Below are positions 26,316-35,108 of a stretch of 41,310 bases of DNA, piece after piece. Source of the stretch: Salinarchaeum sp. (GTDB taxonomy: Archaea > Halobacteriota > Halobacteria > Halobacteriales > QS-1-68-20); assembly GCA_007122875.1 (NCBI GenBank), contig SKSS01000093.1:1-41310 (forward strand). The letters are read 5' to 3'. The notes beneath the pieces are model-generated. The model saw only the letters and a list, made by a program, of their open reading frames with translations, was not told the origin of the DNA and ran no database searches. Each line of letters opens with the position of its first letter. Positions within the stretch are counted from its first letter, which is position 1. The translations under genes were made by a program, and so were the position numbers.

Positions 26316-27053
26316 ATGTCTGATAGAATGACACTCATCGACGTTCGTGGTATCGAACACTCCTACGGTACCGTTCCCGTGCTGGACGATGTTTCGTTCG
26401 GCGTTCGTTCGGAAACGGTAACCGCGATCATTGGGCCGAACGGATCGGGAAAAACGACGTTGCTTCGTCTGTTGGCTGGCCTCCACGAGCCGACGGGTGG
26501 GTCGATCGACGACCACACTTCCGATGGCGTTCGCCGGATCGGTTACCTGCCACAACAGCCGGCGTTCCGGCCAGGATTCTCCGTCCACGAGACGCTCTCG
26601 TTTTATACGTCACTGGTCGGTGCTGACGACGACGAGGTGATAGCCCGACTCGAACGAGTCGGGCTCGAACAGGCCGTGAATCTACGCGTTGACGATCTCT
26701 CCGGCGGCATGACCCGTCTTCTCGGGATCGCACAGGCGACCGTCGGGGATCCACCACTGATCGTCCTTGATGAGCCTGTGAGCGGGCTCGATCCACAGAT
26801 GAGCCTCCACGTCTTCGACGTGATATCGGAGATTGCCGCGGACGGAACCACCGTCGTGTTGAGTTCCCATCACCTTGAACTGGTCGAACGAACGGCCGAC
26901 GACGTGGTGCTGATCGACGACGGCGAGGTCGTCGCTCACGGCTCCCCGGACGAGCTTCGAGACGAGCTCGGCGTCGAATCGCTGTTGGAGGTCTACGAGG
27001 GCGCCGTTACGGGATCAGCCGACGCGGTTCGTGTTCGGGGTGAGCACGCGTGA
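26316..27053 (+). CDS. nosF: ABC transporter ATP-binding protein (NosF-like)
   Basis: Walker A GPNGSGKTT, signature LSGGM, Walker B LIVLDEP. The stop overlaps the next start as GTGA. Confidence 0.85.
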   Translation: MSDRMTLIDVRGIEHSYGTVPVLDDVSFGVRSETVTAIIGPNGSGKTTLLRLLAGLHEPTGGSIDDHTSDGVRRIGYLPQQPAFRPGFSVHETLSFYTSLVGADDDEVIARLERVGLEQAVNLRVDDLSGGMTRLLGIAQATVGDPPLIVLDEPVSGLDPQMSLHVFDVISEIAADGTTVVLSSHHLELVERTADDVVLIDDGEVVAHGSPDELRDELGVESLLEVYEGAVTGSADAVRVRGEHA

Positions 27054-27898
27054 GTACGGCCGTTGACGAATCCGGTTCGGCCCCACCGACCACTGGTGCG
27101 ATGATCGCGACAGTGATTCGTCGGGAGCTAAAAACCGTCATCAGAACCCCAACGTTCGCTCTCCTTACCGCGATCCTCACCGCTGTCGCGGTTGGAATCG
27201 CGTGGTTCGGTGGAGGCGTCAGGGCGGGATACGTCCCGACCACGGTTGATCTACTGACACCGTTCGAGTTGCTCGTACCCGTCGTCGCGGTCGCGTTCGG
27301 CTATCGGGCGATTCTCGGCGATAGACGTCGAGGCGAACTGGATGTTCTGGCGACGTATCCAGTCACGGGCCGAGAGCTGGTCGTCGGGACCTACCTCGGA
27401 CGAGCGATCGGGTTAGTCGCCGCCCTCGCCGTTCCGCTGACGATCGTGATGGTTGCGATCGTCGCCAGCGGAGACGATCTCATCCCCGTCTACGCGACCC
27501 ATCGGGGAGCGGATTCCCCGATCCTGTTCGTTCGATTTGCCGTGTTGACCGTCTTCTTCGCCGCAACGATACTCGCCGTCGCGGTCGCCGTTTCGGCGAT
27601 CGCAAGCGGCACGCGAAGCGCACTCGCGCTTGCAGTCGTGTTGCTGATCGTGCTGCTTGTCGGGCTCGATCTTGCGCTCGTCTACGGGTTCACCGCTGGA
27701 CTGGTGGGTGATTCGACCTTGATTCACTCGCTCGCGATCAGTCCGCTCAGTGCCTACCGGGGACTCGTTCTCGAAACTACGGTCTCCGTCGCCGCCGGTG
27801 CTGGACCCAGAATCGCCTCACCGGTTGCGAGCGTGGTCGGTCTCTGCGTCTGGACCATCGGGTCGCTCGCGGTCGCCGCGTGGGCAATCGAGCGGTGA
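27050..27898 (+). CDS. nosY: ABC-2 type permease (NosY-like)
   Basis: 282-aa polytopic membrane protein translationally coupled to nosF. Confidence 0.75.
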   Translation: MSTAVDESGSAPPTTGAMIATVIRRELKTVIRTPTFALLTAILTAVAVGIAWFGGGVRAGYVPTTVDLLTPFELLVPVVAVAFGYRAILGDRRRGELDVLATYPVTGRELVVGTYLGRAIGLVAALAVPLTIVMVAIVASGDDLIPVYATHRGADSPILFVRFAVLTVFFAATILAVAVAVSAIASGTRSALALAVVLLIVLLVGLDLALVYGFTAGLVGDSTLIHSLAISPLSAYRGLVLETTVSVAAGAGPRIASPVASVVGLCVWTIGSLAVAAWAIER

Positions 27899-27973
27899 GT
27901 ACACGAACTACTTGTCGACAAGAATAGAATTCGAAACTCGGAGTCGATACGTACTGGAGCTTCTGTGTCCGGC

Positions 27974-28522
27974 CTACATCAGGGCCATGATTACTTCAGG
28001 TGTAATCTCGTCGTGTTCGTATCGGTCGCCACCGTACTCGTCTTGGAAGTCGTCTACGTCGTCCTGGTCGCTGAACCCGATCAGCGATGCGCCCATCGCA
28101 CCCTCGACCTCACTGTCGACGACCATCGTGACATCGCCAACCGCTTCGAATGCCTCGGCATCGAAGTGAGCACTGATCGTCGGATTGTCCCCCTCATCGA
28201 CCGAATAGTCGACAACTGAGTAGTCTGTGACGTAGAGTACGGTCGGCTCGTGACCCGCGTCCTCCTGTTCGAAGGTGAAGGTGTAAGTACACAACCCGCT
28301 ACAGAAGTACGCCGGTCGATCCTCCTCGAGGACCTCGTCGGGAGCGTCGTAGTGTGCTTGGCCGACTGGACCGGGATGGGCCGTGATCTCCATCTCGCAG
28401 TTGTCACAGAACACGTCGTCTCCGATCGCAACGGAATCAGGAACGTCGTCGTCGCCGAGACAACCCGCAAGCAACCAGATACCCGCGCTCGCCGTTCCAG
28501 CCATCATCCGTCGTCTGGTCAT
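27974..28522 (-). CDS. nosL: NosL-family copper-chaperone lipoprotein
   Basis: Tat motif TRRRM, lipobox LLAGC, metal motif FCDNCEMEI and a C-terminal GFSDQDDVDDFQDEYGG block. Start at internal ATG 28522. Confidence 0.75.
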   Translation of the reverse strand: MTRRRMMAGTASAGIWLLAGCLGDDDVPDSVAIGDDVFCDNCEMEITAHPGPVGQAHYDAPDEVLEEDRPAYFCSGLCTYTFTFEQEDAGHEPTVLYVTDYSVVDYSVDEGDNPTISAHFDAEAFEAVGDVTMVVDSEVEGAMGASLIGFSDQDDVDDFQDEYGGDRYEHDEITPEVIMALM

Positions 28523-28638
28523 CGTCGAGTACGACCTGCCACAGTCGTTCGAGTGGTCCATGGCGGACAGTAGAGCCGTCCGAATAAGTGACATCTGGTA
28601 CGATTGCCGAAAGAGGGCAGAACAACTCTGACCGGCGG

Positions 28639-29478
28639 TCAGCGCGTCCGTTCGAGCCGTTCCGGAAGCCACTTTGACGACCGGAGATCCGGTCGATAGT
28701 CTGCAAAGCGTGCGCCGGCGTAGACGCTGAACGCTGCCAGGGCGATGCCAGCGATCACGTCGATGACCCAGTGAATCCCCGTATAGACGGTGGCGACGGT
28801 GACGCTAGCGGCGAAGATGGCGGCGATCGGAACCCACAACGGATACTCCTTGCGGGTTCGCCACGCCATTAACGCTACCGTCACCGACAACGAGGTGTGC
28901 AACGACGGGAAGACGTTCGTATTGACGTTGACCTCGCGAGTCACGAGCTGTGACAGTGGGTGATGCTGATAGAGCAAGGGCTGAACCACGTCCGCGAGCT
29001 GATTCCGTGGGCCGTAGGCAATAAACAGGATGTAACAGAGCAGCCCGAGGGTGTAGTTCAACCCGAACGCGATGGCGAGTTCGCGGAATGCCCTGGTGTT
29101 CGGGAGGACGTAGTAGAGGACGAAGGGGAAAATCAACAGAAATGCGTAGCCGTAGAGGTACATGAACGCCAGATACTCGGTCAGCATCGGGGATTCGAAC
29201 GACTGGACCCAGACGACGAACTCCCCCTCGATCGACTCGATCAGCGCCGTGATCTCCCATCCGATCAGCCACGACAGAAGCGGGCCTGCCTGCCGGGCCG
29301 ACCGGTTGATCAACAGGATGATAATCAACGCGACGGCATAGGGTGCGAGCGTTCGGGCACGCTCCCGATCGACGATCACGCTCCTGACGCTCCCGAGGTC
29401 GACGAACAGCACGGTAGCGACCCCTAACATCACTCCAGTGATAATCGCGAACTCGATGAGCACCGAGGCGAGACCCAT
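28639..29478 (-). CDS. PAP2-superfamily integral membrane enzyme (PAP2_C / phosphotransferase-like)
   Basis: Polytopic protein with FPSLHTS and TGIHWVIDV motifs (PSGH-like and HxxxD blocks). Its ATG lies 1 nt after the upstream gene stop. Confidence 0.75.
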   Translation of the reverse strand: MGLASVLIEFAIITGVMLGVATVLFVDLGSVRSVIVDRERARTLAPYAVALIIILLINRSARQAGPLLSWLIGWEITALIESIEGEFVVWVQSFESPMLTEYLAFMYLYGYAFLLIFPFVLYYVLPNTRAFRELAIAFGLNYTLGLLCYILFIAYGPRNQLADVVQPLLYQHHPLSQLVTREVNVNTNVFPSLHTSLSVTVALMAWRTRKEYPLWVPIAAIFAASVTVATVYTGIHWVIDVIAGIALAAFSVYAGARFADYRPDLRSSKWLPERLERTR

Positions 29479-29479
29479 G

Positions 29480-31300
29480 TTACGAACGCTCCCTGACGAG
29501 CGTTCCGTCCTCGTGTCGATAACCGGCTTCCTCGAACACCTGACGGGCGCTCTCTTCGGATACGTCACCGTTACTTCCCACGAACGGCAACTCGGGACAC
29601 TCGCCACTCCACCGGAGTTCCGGTGCCTCCAGACTGCTACCTCCAAACGGCGTTACGCTGGGGGTGCCAAACCGCTCGAACACGTCGGAGACGAGATGCT
29701 CACGGTCGATGAGGCGGGCGATAGCCCGACGGAACTGGTGGTTGTCGAGTGGGGGACGCGAGGCGTTATACCCGACGTGATAGAACCGATCTGACGGGTC
29801 GACGTGAACACGGACGTCCTCGGCTCGCGCAGCGCTCCGAACGATGTCCGGTTCGAGCGGTGAGACGGTTGCGTCGAGCTGACCGGCCTGCAGCAACTCG
29901 ATCGCTGCGGCACCGGACGGGATTGCCTCGAAGTGAAGCTCCTCGTAGCGGGGAACGCCGTCCAATCTGCTAATAGGCTCGTCGTCGTCGACGGTGCCCG
30001 AGCGCAGGAAGTGGTCGTCGAAGCGCTCGAACGTCAGGTAATCCTGGTACTCCGCGTCGACGAACTGAAAGGGACCGCTTCCGACTGGATCGTCATTTTC
30101 CCAGACCAACGCCTCCGGAACGTGGTCGATGTCGATCCCCGCGAAGCTCACCGGCTCAGTGCGCTCTTCCCACACGTGGCGCGGGAGGATGGGAACGACG
30201 AGTGCCTGGGGTAACACCTCCCGGCTTCCCTCGTTGAACTCCAACAGGAGTTCGTCGTCGGATGGCGCGTCCGCATCGGCGACGAGCGATGTCTGTCCAC
30301 GATACCGTGGGGCGGGCAGCGGTCTTCCCTCCCGATCGAGTGTCGTATCGGAGAGAAACCGATACGTGAACACAGCATCATCCGCCGTGATCGGCTCGCC
30401 GTCGTGCCATACGAGGTCCTCACGGAGCCGAACGCTGAGGGTTCGGTCGCCGGCCCACTCCCAGTCGTCGGCGAGCCACGGGACGATATCGTCGTCGTTG
30501 GCGATGGCAAGCGAATCGTAGAGCAATCCCGTGAACAGCCCTGTGTCCCTGAACTCGGTCGCCACGGGGTTGAGATTTCTCGTCGCACGAGCGTCGATCA
30601 AGCCCAGACGGACCTCCCCGCTGTCGTCGTCGGTATCGTCGACGTCGTCCTCGTCGTCCGTTGCCACCTCATCGTCTTCCTCGTCCGCGTCCCTGTCGTC
30701 GGGCTGGAGACGGGCGATATCGTGTGGCGTGATGGGCGATACGTCGCCGGCGAACGCGCCCGCTCGGGAGGTACGAATTTCGTCGGGAAAGGCGATGACG
30801 GTGAACGGTTGTTCGACCAACACCGCACGCTGAAGCTCCTCGACAACCTCCTGTCGGGAGTCGCCCCCCAGTGAACGCTGTTCGGCCAAGAGATCGTCTA
30901 CAGTCGCACTGGTGTACGAGAACGGATTCTGCCAGCCGGGCTCCTCGACAAACTGTGAGTCCAACAGCTCCCTGAGCGTGTCCGGGCCGAGCATTCCGGG
31001 ATGCCGGCCAACGTAGCAGTCATAATCGCCGTTTATCAGCACGTCGCGAAGCAGCGTCACTTCCTCGGTCGGTTGGACGCTGGTTGCGACACCGGCACGC
31101 TCTAAGTTGTCCGCGAGGTGTCTGGCGATCCGGACCGCCACTTCGTCGGTGTCTGCGGGAACCGTCTTGATGTCGACACTGACCTGCTCCGGCGCATCAC
31201 GGTCGACCGTCGCCGCCATTCGCTCAGAGCAGCCAGCGACAGCTACGGCTGCCCCTCCGGCCAGTCCAGCGAGCAGTTGTCGACGGTCCGTAGCCACCAT
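29480..31300 (-). CDS. Family-5 (peptide/nickel type) ABC substrate-binding lipoprotein, apparently circularly permuted
   Basis: Tat motif DRRQLL and lipobox VAGC. Canonical N-lobe blocks (VPWLADDWEW...LREDLVWHDGEPITADDAVFTY, GSGPFQF) start only after residue about 230. Residues about 40-190 resemble the usual C-terminal lobe. Confidence 0.75.
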   Translation of the reverse strand: MVATDRRQLLAGLAGGAAVAVAGCSERMAATVDRDAPEQVSVDIKTVPADTDEVAVRIARHLADNLERAGVATSVQPTEEVTLLRDVLINGDYDCYVGRHPGMLGPDTLRELLDSQFVEEPGWQNPFSYTSATVDDLLAEQRSLGGDSRQEVVEELQRAVLVEQPFTVIAFPDEIRTSRAGAFAGDVSPITPHDIARLQPDDRDADEEDDEVATDDEDDVDDTDDDSGEVRLGLIDARATRNLNPVATEFRDTGLFTGLLYDSLAIANDDDIVPWLADDWEWAGDRTLSVRLREDLVWHDGEPITADDAVFTYRFLSDTTLDREGRPLPAPRYRGQTSLVADADAPSDDELLLEFNEGSREVLPQALVVPILPRHVWEERTEPVSFAGIDIDHVPEALVWENDDPVGSGPFQFVDAEYQDYLTFERFDDHFLRSGTVDDDEPISRLDGVPRYEELHFEAIPSGAAAIELLQAGQLDATVSPLEPDIVRSAARAEDVRVHVDPSDRFYHVGYNASRPPLDNHQFRRAIARLIDREHLVSDVFERFGTPSVTPFGGSSLEAPELRWSGECPELPFVGSNGDVSEESARQVFEEAGYRHEDGTLVRERS

Positions 31301-31392
31301 TCGGAGATAATAGAATACGGAGGGCTTTACACCTTTCTCCCCGACCGGACGGTACCGGGAGTAGAAGGCTTTTCAGGATACCGATCAAAAGC

Positions 31393-32598
31393 GTGTTTAT
31401 GACGGACGATCACGACGATGCTGCACCGACCGTCGGCGAACTCATCCCGCCGGACCGGACGCTGATGGGGCCGGGTCCGAGCGACGTCCACCCACGGGTG
31501 CTTCGAGCGATGAGTACCCCGCTCGTGGGCCACCTCGACCCCTCGTTCATCGAGATGATGGACGAAGTGCAAGAACTCCTCCGGTACACGTTCCGCACCG
31601 GCAACCGATGGACGATCCCGGTCAGCGGAACCGGATCGGCCTCGATGGAGGCGGCGATCGGAAACCTGGTCCGTCCAGGCGACACGATGCTCGTGCCGAC
31701 GAACGGCTACTTCGGTGGACGGATGGCGGAGATGGCTCGCCGTGCTGGCGGTGAGGTCGTCGAAGTCGACGCCCCGTGGGGAGAGCCGCTTGACCCGGAC
31801 GACGTAACAGACGCACTCACAGCACACGATCCGGACGTGTTCGGGTTCGTCCACGCCGAAACCTCCACGGGGGCGCTCCAGACGGACGTTCCGGCGTTGA
31901 CCGAGGCGGCCCACGATCAGGGAGCGCTCGTGATCGCCGACTGCGTCACCTCGATCGCTGGCGTCGAACTCCGCGTCGACGACTGGGGGATCGACGTGGC
32001 GTACGCGGGACCGCAGAAGGCGCTATCGTGTCCGCCCGGAGCGAGCCCGCTGACGCTCAACGACCGCGCGATGGAACACGTGCTGAACCGCGACGAACCG
32101 GCCAGATCGTGGTACCTCGACCTCTCGCTGCTGGAGGGCTACTGGGGCGACGAGCGGTCATATCATCACACGGCACCGATCACGAACGTCTACGCGATCC
32201 GCGAAGCGCTCCGACTCGTCGCCGAGGAGGGAATCGAAGCGCGCTGGGAGCGCCACCGTCACGTCGCCGGAGCGCTCCGGGCCGGACTCGGCGCGATGGG
32301 GCTCGAACCCGCCGCCCCCGAGGAGTACTGGCTCCCGACGCTGAACACGGTGGCCGTTCCGGAGGGCGTCGACGACGGCACGGTCATCTCGCGGCTGCTC
32401 GACGAACACGATGTCGAGATCGCCGGCGGCCTGGGTGACCTCGCGGGTGACGTGTTCCGGATCGGCTGTATGGGCCACTCCGCGCGGCCGGGGAACGTCA
32501 TGGAACTGCTCGGAGCGCTCGGGACCGTGCTCGACGACGAGGGCGCCGACGTAGATCCCGCTGCGGGACTGGCAACTGCTCGCGAACGGCTCGCGTAG
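31393..32598 (+). CDS. Class V aminotransferase (alanine-glyoxylate / serine-pyruvate aminotransferase-like)
   Basis: LMGPGPSDVHPRVLRAMS...GTGSASMEAA...GPQKALSCPPG (PLP-lysine block). Confidence 0.85.
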   Translation: MFMTDDHDDAAPTVGELIPPDRTLMGPGPSDVHPRVLRAMSTPLVGHLDPSFIEMMDEVQELLRYTFRTGNRWTIPVSGTGSASMEAAIGNLVRPGDTMLVPTNGYFGGRMAEMARRAGGEVVEVDAPWGEPLDPDDVTDALTAHDPDVFGFVHAETSTGALQTDVPALTEAAHDQGALVIADCVTSIAGVELRVDDWGIDVAYAGPQKALSCPPGASPLTLNDRAMEHVLNRDEPARSWYLDLSLLEGYWGDERSYHHTAPITNVYAIREALRLVAEEGIEARWERHRHVAGALRAGLGAMGLEPAAPEEYWLPTLNTVAVPEGVDDGTVISRLLDEHDVEIAGGLGDLAGDVFRIGCMGHSARPGNVMELLGALGTVLDDEGADVDPAAGLATARERLA

Positions 32599-32621
32599 GG
32601 GCTGTCGGCCCGCCCCCGGAG

Positions 32622-32927
32622 TCAGGCCCCAGCGGGTGCATGGACGACCTCGTAATCGTCGTCGTCCACGCCGATTACCGCCCAGTCGTAGTCGAGGTCG
32701 AGTCGCTGCAGCCGCCGACGGAGATCGGGCGCATACTCGCGCCAGGTGACGAAACAGCACAGGTCGTCGGACGTCGGGTGCTCGTCGGGATCGGCCACCG
32801 CGCGCACGGTCACCGATCGCCACTTCCGCTGGGCGCTAAACTCGGGGCCATCGCCGGTGATCGTGTATCCGAGGTCGCTGAAAATCGATCGCGCCTCCTC
32901 GACTGGTGCCGTGTTAACGGTCCCCAT
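32622..32927 (-). CDS. Small conserved-looking hypothetical protein
   Basis: 101-aa acidic ORF with GC3 bias. No motif recognised. Confidence 0.5.
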   Translation of the reverse strand: MGTVNTAPVEEARSIFSDLGYTITGDGPEFSAQRKWRSVTVRAVADPDEHPTSDDLCCFVTWREYAPDLRRRLQRLDLDYDWAVIGVDDDDYEVVHAPAGA

Positions 32928-33030
32928 TCGTCACAGCATACCACGCCCGCCATAATAAATCTTCTCGCGATGAGCGCAACGGAGCAGATCGCGTTTTTCG
33001 CCACACAGAGCACGCCGCGCAGACCGTCCG

Positions 33031-33408
33031 TCACACGATGATCCGGATCCGTCGCGTTCGAGGACCATCACACTCGACGAACAGCACGCGTCCCCACATC
33101 CCGAGGGAGAGCGAGCCGTCCTCGACCGGAATCGTCACGTCGCTTCCGATCAACGTCGCCCGAAGGTGGGCGTCCGCGTTTCCATCGAGGTCGTCGTGGG
33201 CCCACCCGTCGTCAGCAACAGCCTCCGAGAGGAACCGTTCGAGGTCACCCAGGAGCCGTGGCTCGGCTTCCTGGAGACAGACGCCCGCCGTCGTGTGCGG
33301 CACGAACACCGTGCACGCGCCGGTGGCGTCCGTCGGAAGTGCCGCGGCGACACGCTCGGTTACGTCCACGACGGTCAGTCGTTCTTCGGTTTCGACCGTG
33401 AACTCCAT
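33031..33408 (-). CDS. YjbQ/UPF0047 family protein (secondary thiamine-phosphate synthase enzyme)
   Basis: VFVPHTTAGV...DGNADAHL...GSLSLGMWGRVLFVECDGPR blocks. Confidence 0.85.
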   Translation of the reverse strand: MEFTVETEERLTVVDVTERVAAALPTDATGACTVFVPHTTAGVCLQEAEPRLLGDLERFLSEAVADDGWAHDDLDGNADAHLRATLIGSDVTIPVEDGSLSLGMWGRVLFVECDGPRTRRIRIIV

Positions 33409-33640
33409 GACGGGGAGACGACGCGCTGTACGAAAAGGAAGTCGTCCCGGTTCCCGATGTCCGTTCGTCCGGTTCCGCGTTCGCCCACCGAGACGTACGA
33501 CCGGTCGACTCGGATCGTCGGTTCACGGGTGAGCGTGATCGGCGGTCCGGTCCCGTCCGGATGGTTCCGGCAATCGTGGGCACCGTTGGATGGCAACACC
33601 TACGGTCCGCTGTCGCTGATCTCCGACGGGATACTTCGGA

Positions 33641-34891
33641 ATGTCGGTTGAACCGAGCGACACGTCGGGAACACGCCGCTGGATCGTCTGTCTCCTCTCG
33701 GGAGCCACGCTGGCGGGGTTGACCGGCGTCGTGTACTCCTTCGGCGTGTTCTTCACCCCGCTCCAGGAGACGTTCGGCGTCTCCTCGGATCGCGTCTCGC
33801 TCATCTTCTCGCTCAACACGCTGTTGACGTACGTCGTCGGAATCTACGTCGGCTACCTCGCGGATCGGCACCCGGCTCACCGTCTGTTGCTCGCCGGGAT
33901 GGCCTGCTGGACTGGCGGCCTCGTCCTCACCGCGCTATGGGGGTCGTACCTCGGCGTCCTCCTCGCGTTCGGGCTGTTCGTCGCCCTCGGAATGGGCATT
34001 CCGTACATCACGCTCTATGCGACCGTTGCCCGGTGGTTCGATCGCCGACGAGGGCTAGCCTTGAGTGTCCTCTCTGTCGGCTTCGGGACGGGCGGGCTTG
34101 TCGGCCCGCCCGTCACCGAAGCGTTGCTCTCCCGGTTCGACTGGGGGACGACGTTTCTCGTCCTCGCCGTCCCCACGACCGCGCTGGTCCTGCTCACCAC
34201 GCTGGCAGTGTTCATCACTCGAACCGATCGGCGGCGGATGGATGGAGACACGATCACAACCGAGGACGGAGACGCGAACTCGAACACCGGGGAGAGCGCG
34301 GACGGACCCGGTCTTCGCTCGTTGCTGGCGGTGTTCACCGCCCCACGGGTGCTGCTCGTGACCGCCGGCTTCGTCTTCGGGTTCTACGCCTTCTACGCGC
34401 TCTTGGTCCACTTCGTGCCGTACGCTGAGAGCGTCGGCGTGTCGCGTCGAACGGCCGCGATTGCGCTTGGCCTGATCGGCGGTGCGAGCATTCCCGCGCG
34501 CTTGCTCGCGGGGCACGTCTCGGACCTGTACGGACGGATTCCCGTGTTGCTGATCGGCTTCGTCCTGATGACGACCGCGACGCTCGGGTTAATCGTCTGG
34601 ACGACCGCGACGTGGTTTCTCGTCCTGGCGGTCGTCTTCGGAGCCGGAAACGGGGCCGTCGCGGCGCTGTACTCGCCGATCGTCGTTGAGATATTCGACC
34701 TGGGAACCGTCGGGACGATGCTCGGGGTGACCAGTGTCTCCTTCGGGATCGCCGGCGTGCTCGGGCCGTACGCCACCGGGGTTCTCGTCGCGGCCACGGG
34801 AACCTACGCTGTTGCGCTCGTGCTGGCGGCCGCGATGCTCGTTCTCGGCTCGGCGTGTATCGTACTGGCGAGTTCAGTTCGGTTCAATTGA
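33641..34891 (+). CDS. MFS transporter
   Basis: 416 aa, about 12 TM helices and a central loop. DRRRGLALS-like loop motif after TM2/3. Confidence 0.8.
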   Translation: MSVEPSDTSGTRRWIVCLLSGATLAGLTGVVYSFGVFFTPLQETFGVSSDRVSLIFSLNTLLTYVVGIYVGYLADRHPAHRLLLAGMACWTGGLVLTALWGSYLGVLLAFGLFVALGMGIPYITLYATVARWFDRRRGLALSVLSVGFGTGGLVGPPVTEALLSRFDWGTTFLVLAVPTTALVLLTTLAVFITRTDRRRMDGDTITTEDGDANSNTGESADGPGLRSLLAVFTAPRVLLVTAGFVFGFYAFYALLVHFVPYAESVGVSRRTAAIALGLIGGASIPARLLAGHVSDLYGRIPVLLIGFVLMTTATLGLIVWTTATWFLVLAVVFGAGNGAVAALYSPIVVEIFDLGTVGTMLGVTSVSFGIAGVLGPYATGVLVAATGTYAVALVLAAAMLVLGSACIVLASSVRFN

Positions 34892-35108
34892 GGGGAGTCG
34901 GATTCCTCCCACGGCTAAACCCGTGGGCTTCCTCCTTGCAGCTCTGTGATGGGTTCCAGTTCACGAATGTCGGGGCAGTCTCGTCCTCAAGCTTCAATCC
35001 GGGCCCGCATTCCATCTTCACTTTCACCCCGCTCGCGGAACCTTTTATATCATCGCGAACCAACCGACGTACGTCTCCCATTGAAACCACGAGGAGACGG
35101 AGAACACC

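Noticed and set aside
33409-33640. The 230-nt spacer upstream of the MFS transporter and yjbQ as a riboswitch (e.g. TPP).
   Set aside because: No TPP-riboswitch core (CUGAGA / ACCUGAUCUGGAUAAUGCCAGCG-like) or other recognisable conserved RNA motif was seen. GC-rich without obvious nested helices.
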